Assembly: GCF_009914755.1 (NCBI RefSeq)
Contig: NC_060937.1
Origin: the human T2T-CHM13v2.0 reference genome, Homo sapiens
Length of the DNA stretch: 64,000 bases
Strand: one strand, 5' to 3'
Shown: positions 52,629 to 64,000 of the stretch, one piece after another
Layout: every line of letters begins with the position of its first letter
Position numbering within the stretch: the stretch's first letter is position 1
The notes under the pieces: generated by a model
The model's database searches: none
What the model was told of the DNA's origin: nothing
Seen by the model: only the letters and a program-made list of their open reading frames with translations
Made by a program: the position numbers and the translations under genes

Positions 52629-55600
52629 ATACTTTATCAATAAAATTGTCTTCTGTACATGCCTCTCAATTCCATTACTTTCTTCCTCCACCTTAGCTCC
52701 AAAAGAAATTGCTAATCTTAGTTTAAAAATAATTTCCTTTTTAAATTTTTTTCATCCACGATATATATTCATAACACATATCCATAATATTTTATTATTT
52801 GTTTTAAACTTAAATAGTATTATAACATAGACATTTGTCTAGGGATTTTGTTTTCACTTGGTATTATGTTGCTGAGATTCATTCATATTGCCATATGACA
52901 TTACACATCTTCCAATTATCTCTGAAATTTCTCTCTTCCTTCCTTAAACCTACTTAAGCCATGTTTATCACCAAATACTCTTTAGCTAAATCTCTTGTAC
53001 AATGTACAATACATATAACTACTTATATGTACACTAATATATGCATTTCCAAGAACACGGGAAAGCTATACTCATTTTACAAATTCTGTAAATAAAAATA
53101 ATACTAGCAACTTCTCTGTCTAGTGTGTTCTCTATTCTTTTGTTAATTGACCATAAAATAGTAGTGAAGATGGAGTAATGGAATATGATAATTTGTGGTG
53201 GTATTTAATATGAGAACATATTTTCTTATTGTTATATAAATAAGTTTGAGACATAAAATGTTATTTACATATTCAATGAGAAAACTAATTCTAAGCCTTT
53301 GGCTTTTAAATGTTTTCTGTGACCTTTGTTGCATTGTGACAGTTGTAGCAGATATTTCACACATCATACAATGTAATTGGCATTCTGCCACAATCACTAA
53401 GCTCAGCAACAATTGTTAGCTCTAGGGAACTGCCAGGATGGAGTAAAGCTTTTTTAAACTCCATGTAATTAACAGAAATGTTTACACAGGAGAAAAAGTG
53501 GCATACTGTATCAAACTTTCCTTTTAAACATTAGTAGTTAGATTTTGAACTTGCTCTACATTTTAATATCTTAACAGTTGTAAAAAGATTCTATGTTAAA
53601 AGTATGTTCTTGTTTTATAAACCCTGTCAGCACTTAATCATTTAGCAAGATCATGTAAGTTATATCTATACACAGAATGACATTTAAGAAAATATTATTA
53701 TACCCTGCATAAGTGTATATGGAGATGTGAAGGGCCAGAATGATTGAATTAAGTATAACTGGGTCAATTTAGAAGTTTAAAGTCATGTATGGAAGAAATT
53801 GTTGGTGACAAGACTGACTTTTTCAAATCTGGGTTTGGATTACTGCCTAAGATAAAATGGGCAAAAGCACATTGTAACTGTTCAATTGGGTAGAGGTTTC
53901 AGGGCACAAAGATTATGCCTGATCTCTTCAACCTCATATATCATTTCTATCTTCCTCAATTCCTAGAAAAATAAAAGATACCTGACAGTTCTGATTGCTA
54001 TCTGATGTAGGTTGACTACAATTAGACTCAATAAAGAAACTCTGCTCAAAATTTAATAGATGCAACCTACTAAGTAAAAAAAGTGCTTCATTATTTAAAA
54101 ATTCTTCAATTTTGTATAAATTAAAATCTATAGAAGTTTGAAAGTATTCACTAAGATTCCAAAGTATTTGAAATGCCTATGAACTTTCCAGTGAACTAAA
54201 TGTGTCTTCTTTGTTTAAAGAAACATTTCTTATAAAAAGCTTAAATCTGTTTGAGTCTACATAGGTAAAGTATAAAAGAATACTTTGTTCATTAAATAGA
54301 ACTACTTTATAAATGAGCATGTAATTAATAAGGAAACTTTATTTTTCTTTTTGCTTAAAATAGATGAATATAGTGAGCATTTCTGAATTTAGTTTCTAGT
54401 TGAGAATTCTATTTTATATATTTATATATCCGTATCTATCTCTCTATTAATTAATTGATATAGAGACACATGTGCTATTGTACCAAAATATTTATATGTG
54501 GAGATAAAGTGAATCCTTATTCATCTACTAAGATTTCTTTCTCTAGTTAATGTTTCTCTCAAGTATAGACTAAAAACTTGATCAAAATTGATTGCCTGGT
54601 CATAGTTTCCCACATAAATAACACACTTGTTTGTCTTCAGCATATTTTAGAAGGCACTTCTTTGGTTTAGACTCTTAAAGGACATTGAATATAAAATTAC
54701 ATACCACTGAAAAAAGATTGCCGAAAATGTTGAGTTCTCTGTGCTCCCAGTATAAAGAATACCATTATAGAGAGGATGTCATATTTTTACAGGGCAAATT
54801 ACCAAGGCAGACACTAAACATTCAAATCATTATGTTTAAAATGCCTATCTTTTATCAGAGAAGCAGTAAAGAAATATTAGAGGCCAGTTCTCTTATTTAT
54901 TTATATATTTTATCATAAATTAATCAATTATCAATTGTCAGGAACTGTTCTGGCCTGTCCTCCTTCCAGGAACATTAACAAAAATTAATTTTTCTGAGTC
55001 TATTATCATTTTGGTAATTTGGAAGCACCAATAATAATATAGTACAATGCAATATAATACAATATAATATGGCATAAGGCAACAGAATAATTTAAAGGAA
55101 AGTTTACATTCCAGGGGAACAAAGAACTTGGATGTGCAGAGGACATTAAGGAATGTAGGGTCAAGTAGAATCAGTTTTGTTGATAGCTGACAGAGGTGAG
55201 CGACCAAGAGTAACGGTAATCTGTAAGTTGATATAGGCATTGCATTGTATGTTTGGAATAGACAGATAGAGGACAGCTCCGTTATTGTTGCTTTCACTGT
55301 CTTATATCTGATTCCAGCATTCTTTGCTATCTTCAGAGAAAGACTATTTATCAGAGGAAGCCTAGAACTTCACTGGGCATTGTCATTTTGTCAAGAACTA
55401 AGGCAAATTCTACTAGGCTCCTGGAACAGAATGTTAAATCATTAGGAAAAATTTATTTGACACACAGAATAAACTACAACTGTATAGCAAAAGTCTGGTA
55501 CACAATATGAGACTATTTTGAGAATGTTTATCCAAGGAAAATAAGACACATTTTTAGATGAGGCTTAATTTTTTCACATTGAATCACTTAAAAATATTCT

Positions 55601-56497
55601 TAATTCAATGTACTATATTAGCTGCAATTTGTGGACTGCTTAATTTAAAGGGAGTGGTCCAGGTTAGGGAAGTTGAGATAGCAGAAATTTTCTATGTAAG
55701 AGAAAACAAAATTATTGGGATGCAGGAATGCTACCTTGAAGTTAGAATGCTTGAGTTAAGTTCCTTTTTGGCTCTGCCAAGTACAAACTTGATAATATAG
55801 TTAGCTATGATTGGAAATCATGTGAAATGGTGCTTGATAAACTTTAGTGTGATTAAAAATGTCCTGGAAAAGATTGTCAAATGTGTTAATCATTGGTCTG
55901 TATCACCACACCTTGCTTCGCTAGGTCAAGATGATTGTGATGCAGTGGAGAGCCATATCAAAATTTGAAGATTAGTTTTTTTATGCTATACTTATTTTTT
56001 TTCTCTTTTGAGGAAGCAGATCCATTTTGAATTATTTAAATATCTACTAAGTCAGCTGCTGAAGGAATTGCTCTTGGGAAAAGTAGATTTATACTAAAAA
56101 TATAGTAATGCTTCCATCAGCAAATAGTAATAAAGCAAAAAAATTATCTTGGACGATTTGTATTGTATGAGTTCTGCATACAAGAAACTCAAAATCTATG
56201 GTTTGGGAGTATACCTTAGCCTTTTTAGATTAAATTTTCAATCAGTATTTAATAGAATATTCTCTATGTGGAATGCACATTATTAGGCATGATGGGAGAT
56301 ATAACAGTGAGGCAAACTCATTATTCTTGAGGGGTTTTACAATTATGTTATTTTTATTAAGAGCTCAGAAATATGTTCTAGGTTTGGGATTTTGAAGTGG
56401 TACCTTTATTCAGTAGCCTAGAGCAGTAAACTACGAATTAGATTCTTGTATCCCCAAGGTAGAGCAGGAAACTATACATTGTGATACCAAAACAAAA

Positions 56498-56530
56498 TCT
56501 CTCTCTCTCACACACACACACACACATACA
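56498..56530. repeat. (CT)n(CA)n microsatellite
   Basis: Read directly. Confidence 0.85.
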
Positions 56531-59269
56531 TTTAATAACATGAGGATATTAAGATTTACTAACATTTTGCTCATAGATTTATATTGGTACCCTCTCATAT
56601 CCTATCAATAGAATATGATATATCACTTACGGTAAGCATAAAAGGGAAAAATTTTCACATTGTCGAGGCGTTTATTCATTGGCTTTCAAAATTTTAGACT
56701 TGTTATGTTTCTGAGAATTTACAGATATAACATGTAATTAATCTAATTTATAAAATCGGCAAAAGATTTATAGAACTTTTCCAATAAAACCATCTTTGAA
56801 GATAAGCACGAAAAATAGCAAAGCCTGACAATCTTGAAATTTTCATGACTGTATCATTGGCAAAATTATAGGATAAAAGTACTGAAAATTTATACTGTGC
56901 TACTCAATAAATGTTTTTAAAATGTTTTATCTTCATAAGATTTAGATAGTATTTCAAAATATGAATAACGTAATAACAAGATTTTTAAGGAAAAAATACA
57001 TTTTATGAAGAGAGAGAACTTCGAATAGAGTTGCTTAGACTTTTTTTTTGCTATTTCACTTTGTTTTCTACAATGATATTTGTGTCACTTATAATGGCTC
57101 TCTGATATTCACATATTTAACAATTATCAACAAAAGATTTTCCATTTATTTAAAAATCTTCCAAAGAATGGTGTACTCTAAATGTAAAAACAAAAAAGCA
57201 TTGTATTTTAATTAGTTTAAAAGAATAATTGAATGGCATTAGGGAGAATAAAAATTTACAAGCTGAACTTTAACCAAAGCCTTGGCATAATGGGTGGATT
57301 GATTTGGAATGTGATCATCGCAATTCAGGAAGAACAGCTAATCATGTACTTTCATTTGGATATATTATCTTTGAAATATGTTTTTCAAGTATGGTAGTCA
57401 TCAAATAGAATTATCCAAACAAACCTCTGAAGTGTAAAGTTTTATACCCAAACTTTAAAAAATAGTAAAGTATATTTAATCATATTTTCATTATTTATTT
57501 ATAAAATCCACATACATTTGGAGATAAATTGGAATATATGTACAGAATGATATGTGGAGTATAATAAATCACATCTTAATCCAAAGCTTTAAAATTCAAT
57601 AAAATTTTTATGATTGGAAAACAAGCAACTTATATAATAGAAAATATTTAAAAGTTCTATTACTTTTATCTCATCCACCTTAATTTCTATTTTTGATTAT
57701 CTTTAATAACGTAAAAAATACTTTAGCATAGCATTCAAAGTATAGGGTAAAAAAATTTGAAAAATAAGCAAATGAGTAGGCATATTTTACTGTTGTAGCT
57801 TAAGAAATTTTATGGATTAAAGATAAAAGTTTGAAGTCCATTGATTTTTGGTATGAACTTCTTTAGTTTGTGACAATGATTCAATAATCAAAAGTTATTT
57901 TCTAGGTTTTCAACTAACAGACATGACTATATAAAAACACACAAATTATCAGTATACAGGATTTGGTTTGCTTTTGTGATCATAAACCCTGAAGGTACAC
58001 ACAATATAAAATAAATGTTCAAAAGTGAAATAGACATGCTTCTGAACTAAATTAGCCTGTTTAAGTACGAGCATTAAGAACATAATTGAGAAACTGTTTT
58101 CATGCATTGGTACCTATTTTGAATATTGGTAGACAATGATTAAAAGGCACTGGAGCATTCAGTGTGAAATATCACTGTTAAAATAAAGTGATTCTAATAT
58201 TTGGCTATTTCCTACAGCATACTGAAACATAAAGAGACTTTGGCTAAATTTCTTTATCTTAATGCCACCATAAACTAATTAATATGAATACAAATAGATA
58301 CAGCAATATGCAGAGTATCTGTGAATGTGTAATCTGTGTTTTACATGTAAGATATTTTGACTGATTTACTTTTCTACATATCTGTATTCCTATATGAAAT
58401 CTACTGATTTCTTTACGTCAGCTCAAACCTTTAAGATAAGCTAAAGGACAAACAATATATTCTGTTGACTGCATTTATTTCATGAACATTAGTTTGTGTT
58501 TTCATGTGAAGCCTCTTAAATTACTCATTGATGACATTTTTCTTTTTGTGGAAAAGTAGCAGAAGTTTTTACATCATTTGCAACAAACTTTTTCTCCAAA
58601 GTAAAGGCTGAATAGCTGCTTAGGCAATGGGGGTATCATACAGGGACATTCCCCTGTTATTGGTCAAGTGGGGTGAAATAAAGAGTGAAGGAGGGAAAGT
58701 TTTCCCAGGTAGCTCAGAAAAATCCCAAGAAGAGAAACTTGCTGCAAGTGTGGTTGTCAAGTTATAAATATGGTAAAGGCCTATTTCAACTCTACCTAGG
58801 TGTGTAGTTATAATATCCTTACAATTTATTTCTTTCACTTTAACACTTTTCCAAATCCATGAGAAAGTGACTCTTAATTAGTACAGAAAGGATATAGGAT
58901 GAGGTGAAAAAAGTATCCACTCTGAAGATGTATACCCTTAAGTTTGAATGCCATTTATTAGCTACAGGGCCTTAAATAACACATTAAACCTCAATAAGTT
59001 CCTATTTTATTACCACACCTACTTTTCAGGTTGTATTGTTATGATAATGATGTGAAGTCTCTGCACCCCTCAGTGTTGATAAGGATCCTTGATGAATACT
59101 TGTCTTCTCCCAAAGAGGAAGGCTTATTTAGATGCCTATAAAAACTCAGATTTTAAAACAATGCACATTTAAATACTATTAGGACATATATACAAATATA
59201 GATATTGGGAACAAATAGTCAAATTTTCTATGTGACCAAGATAGAAATGTAAATGATGAGAACATACTC

Positions 59270-59780
59270 TGTTTACTTACTCTCATTCATTGTTCCCGTG
59301 AATGTAGAATCCTACAGCCACTGTTGAAGACAGTTTGTCAGTTTCTTAAAAAAGTAGACATAATCTTACCATAATGATGCAGTATTATGCTCTTAGATTT
59401 TACCCAACTGAATTGCAAGTTTATGTCCACAAAAAAACTTGCAAACATATGTTTATAGTAGTTTTATTTATAATATCCCCAAATTGGAAGCAACCAAGAT
59501 ATTATTCAATAGGTGAATGAATAAATAAAGTGTAGTGCATTCATACAAGTGTACTATTCAGTAATAAAAAAAAAAATGAGCTCTCAGCCCATGAAAAGAC
59601 ATGGAGGAAACTTAACTATATGTTACTAAGTGAAGGAAGCCTATCTGAAAAGTCTACGTACTGTAACGTTTTAACAATATGCCGTTTTGGAAGAGGCAAA
59701 ACTCTACAGACAGTAAATTTTTCATTGATTGCCAGGTGGAAGGGAGCGGGAAAGAGAATTGAATAGGTGAATTCATAAAG
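59270..59780 (+). mobile_element. L1MC-like ORF2 end and 3' UTR fragment
   Basis: TTATGTCCACAAAAAAACTTGCA, TTGGAAGCAACCAAGAT, CATGAAAAGACATGGAGGAAACTTAA, TTACTAAGTGAAGGAAGCC. Confidence 0.8.
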
Positions 59781-59784
59781 TGTA

Positions 59785-60500
<716 letters not shown>

Positions 60501-61204
60501 AATAATTGTTGCTACAAGCAAGATGTATAGACAATGACCACCACTATTTACAAAAAGTCTTTCTTATTTGTTTGTCTTGTTAAATGGTCTGCTGCCTGAT
60601 GGCAAACATGCTTTCTGAGCTACCGCTTGATAGCTATCTTGTCTTTTGGGCTGTGCTGCTTTATTCTGCATTTTCTAAGTTTTGTCTAGATTCTGTTTTA
60701 ACTGAAATAAGTTGAAAGTTCAAAAATTGGCATTTAGCAACAGTTGTATAGAGTTTTGGTCCTCCTTAAAGCGGTCTAGCATTGTGTGTCTTGCCCAAGA
60801 CCTATCTGTGTCTTAGATTGAACCAGGTCTGCTGGTTCATGGATAAACCATGACTGAGGCTGGGTTCAAGAAAATAAGTCTCACCTTTACCTTGTGACTG
60901 CTGGTGAGCAAGTCGACCATTGTCATAGGGTTGTCCTAAGCCCTGATAATACTTAGTTGAGTTTTTCTGGAAGAAAAAAAAAAAAAACCCTGTAAATATG
61001 AGGAAGGTGGAGAAGAATCCCCAAAGTCTATTTAGTAAATGCCAAAAATAAAAAGAAAAAAGTAAAGAAAACTGAATATGAAAATTCAGGTTAAAAAACT
61101 ACCTTAGCAGAAATCCATAATTTTACCCAATAGATTATCCAAAATTTGCTAAAATAATTTATGTAGCAAAAAGAAAATGGGGCACAACAGAATATTGGTA
61201 AAAT

Positions 61205-61420
61205 AGACACTATGTGGTATAGCAGACCTCTAGATCTTGCCATTTCATTTAACTGAAACTTTATACTGTACTCACTGAACAACTCCTCATTTCCCCCTCC
61301 CTCAACCCCTTACTTTGTGTTTCTGTGGGTTTGACTATTTTAGACACCTCAAATAAGTGGAGTCATGCAGTAATAATCCTTCTGTGACTGGCTTATTTCA
61401 CTGTATAATGTCTCCTAGCT
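61205..61420 (-). mobile_element. L1MA/MB 3' UTR fragment
   Basis: TTTAACTGAAACTTTATAC, TTTGACTATTTTAGACACCTCAAATAAGTGGAGTCATGCAGT, TCTGTGACTGGCTTATTTCACT. Confidence 0.75.
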
Positions 61421-61424
61421 TCAG

Positions 61425-61618
61425 GATAAATCTCATGTTGTGTTCTTACAAAAAAAAAAGTGTGGCACAAGGAAACTTTTGGAAGCTATGAATATTTTTA
61501 TTACCTTGATTGTGGTTATGATTTCATGGGTTTGTTTATATGTTCAAATTCATCAAATTGTATACATTAAATGTATGCAGGTCTTTATATGTCAGTATCT
61601 CAATAAAACTTTAAAAAA
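61425..61618 (+). mobile_element. Old L1M 3' end fragment
   Basis: GAAACTTTTGGAAG...TACCTTGATTGTGG...CATCAAATTGTATACATTAAA...TCTCAATAAA. Confidence 0.7.
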
Positions 61619-63826
61619 GGATGAAAGAGTGCTCATTGGTTTTTTCCTCCTCTACAACCCAGGTTCTGAATTAATTTTAAATCTGTTAACGTTTACCAAA
61701 TTGCAAACTTTCATTGCCTTATTTAAAACTGAAGCTCCAGTCACTGTTATGTCTGGGGATCTCACAAAATGTAACCAAAGTAACTTCCATAGTATTAAGA
61801 GATTTAGTGAACCAAAATAGAGGATAAAATGGTCTGCCTCAATTTAACCATGCAAACAATTTCCTTGTTTAAATTTTCCCATGGTCATAGCACCCATTAC
61901 CTTAAAAAAATGGGCAGGAACCTTCTGATCCAATGAATAATACGTTAAAACAAAATTATATCTTTGATGTTTATATAATGGATTTTTTTTTTAAAAAGTG
62001 ACCAATAGACATTATTTTCTTCTGCCTCCACAGTTAAAATAGGAGTTTTTATGAGTTAATGCAGTCATATATAATTTAAAACGGGTCTTCAAAGACTGAA
62101 ATCTATATACAAGACCTATTTAATAGAAGCAGTGATAATCTCCACTGCTTTAGCCTGTTCTTAAACTGGGAAAGAATGAAGGGTGCTTTACTGTGGTTTA
62201 TCACACCTTAATGCTATTATTTCAATCATTCAGGCCTATACACACAGTGTTTTTAAATGAATGTCTTCATGCAATCATCCCCTGACTAATATTTTGAGAT
62301 TATAGAGTTGGCTAACATGCTATGACCAGTGCCTATTTTAACAACCTCTTAGCTGCAGTTTTGCCTTTACGTTCAAAGAGCACAATACACCTTTTTTAGA
62401 CACCCTAACTGCCATACCATCACACACGAACTTTTCAGGCAAAATCTTATTCTGACTCAACTCTTTACAGAGGTATAGATGTGACATCACACTGATAGTA
62501 TCTTCCTCAGAAGAGACACATTTGACATTTATTCAAGACATGCAAATACTTACAAAGGACCTTACTAAAAGTGACCCTTTATGTCCTAAAACTTAAGAGG
62601 AGCACCGATGGTCTGTATACAGCATGACCTATTTTCCAATAAAGAGTTCCAGTCAAAGTGATGCTCTACATATTTAATGAACAGAAGGCAGGATATATTT
62701 TCAGTGTATGTAGCTGTGGAAGCACCTTGGTTAGTGGTGCAACTTTCTTAAAAAGAGGAGTGTCTTGGCAACATAGTTACTGGCACTAACTTCTTTTTTT
62801 GTTAAGCAAATTCAGACCTGCTCAGCTACTAAAAGAAAAAGGATATGGATCTCCAACTATAGCATTACTCAGTTCACCCTATAGCTTTTGAGAACTCTGT
62901 GTATATAAACATCTGATTTAATTGATCATCAGGTTGTAAAATGGTTTTTGTGTCCTAATAGAGAAGGCTGTGCAGACTTTCTGAGAGTTAAACATCAATA
63001 AGATCCTCAAAATGCTAGAGTTAACATTATGAATCAATGTTGAAACAGTTGTGGGAGGCTGTTTTTGGTAGCTCCTCCACACCTGTGAAATAGGGAAAGT
63101 GGGACTTATTTGCTCCTTCAATCTCACCCTCCCTCATGGTCTGTCATGTTTATGTTTAACCTGTTGAAGTCTGTTATCCTCCCTAGTGGAGGATATCCCT
63201 CTCAAGGATAAGCCAGGCCTTGCTTTTCCATTAATTTTTTTTTCTAGAGTGTAGAGCCTCACAGGGAGCCGGGAGTCTCAAATTCATCATCATAAACAAC
63301 TTCTGGGTGCAGAAGAAGGGCCTCTAGCACCATCAGAAGAAAAGTCAGTGTCCAAACTCGTATTTTTCCAGGACTTCCTGATCTGAGCAATGTGAGCTAC
63401 CCAATATTCCATAAGGTTATATGAATGACAATCCATATGCTCAGGTCAATGCAATGAAGGTCAGGTGGGGGTGGTGGAAAGAAAGAGAGAGAAAGAGAGA
63501 CAGAGAGACTTTCAGTTACCTGAAAGTTCATCCAAGGCAAGAAGGCAGGGTCATATCCAGTACAAAAATAAATACTGTTAAAATTGGGGTTCCGATGAAG
63601 GTCATTGCTAGAGAAGCTTGTATGGTTGTCAAAAAGTGCAGTCTGTGGGATAACATGGCTCCCACACACGTAAAAATAATTTTCCACTGGGCATTAGAGT
63701 CCCTTAATATAGTTGGTTTTATTATTAATCCAGTGGGCTATAGAGATAATGGTCACAAATATTTGATTTAGCTTTGTCAATCCAAATATTTTTCTTTAAG
63801 TGTGCTCAAGTTATAAGAGAATGTAC

Positions 63827-64000
63827 GGCCCAGCGTGGTGGCTCAAGCCTGTAATCCTAGCACTTTGGGAGCCGAGGCGAATGGATCACTTGAGGTCAGG
63901 AGTTCAAAACCAGTCTGGCCAATATGGTGAAATCCTGTCTCTACTAAAAAAAAAAAAAAAAAAATAGCCAGGTGTGGTGGTCACCTGTAAACCAGGTGTG
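63827..64000 (+). mobile_element. Alu (AluS-like), 5' part, truncated by window end
   Basis: GGCCCAGCGTGGTGGCTCAAGCCTGTAATCC...GAGGTCAGGAGTTCAA. Confidence 0.93.

Noticed and set aside
63174-63194. CTCF-like CCACTAGGGAGG on the minus strand
   Set aside because: Mismatches at the conserved 3' GGC positions; too weak to call without ChIP data

Overview
This window is AT-rich, non-coding primate genomic DNA. It is almost certainly human, because it carries a full-length AluYb8, a human-specific subfamily. I recognise no protein-coding exon, RNA gene or processed pseudogene, and I cannot name the locus. The ORF-track entries I can assign are repeat-derived (Alu, L1, LTR12, Tigger, MaLR); the rest look like short chance ORFs. 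A large share of the window is interspersed repeats: about 11 Alus, several L1/L2/MIR fragments, DNA transposons (Tigger4, Tigger3b, MER1B, MER94) and many LTR/ERV elements. The LTR/ERV set includes solo MER41B, MER4A, THE1, MST, MER21, LTR28/MER52-like, LTR12 and MER61 copies, plus two decayed ERVL pol remnants. Many elements are nested and keep readable target-site duplications (TSDs). Between the repeats lie unique islands with dense developmental TF-motif clusters (PBX-MEIS/HOX/TCF, POU, SOX/NFI) that look like candidate enhancers of a gene desert or large intron. I cannot support a genuinely new biological system from sequence alone. The best leads are regulatory: two co-oriented CpG-rich LTR promoters (LTR12 and LTR28-like), a MER41B with remodelled STAT1/GAS sites, candidate conserved enhancers, and a possibly polymorphic AluYb8. 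Repeat subfamily names come from my recall of consensus sequences and need RepeatMasker/Dfam confirmation. Boundaries without a TSD are approximate.
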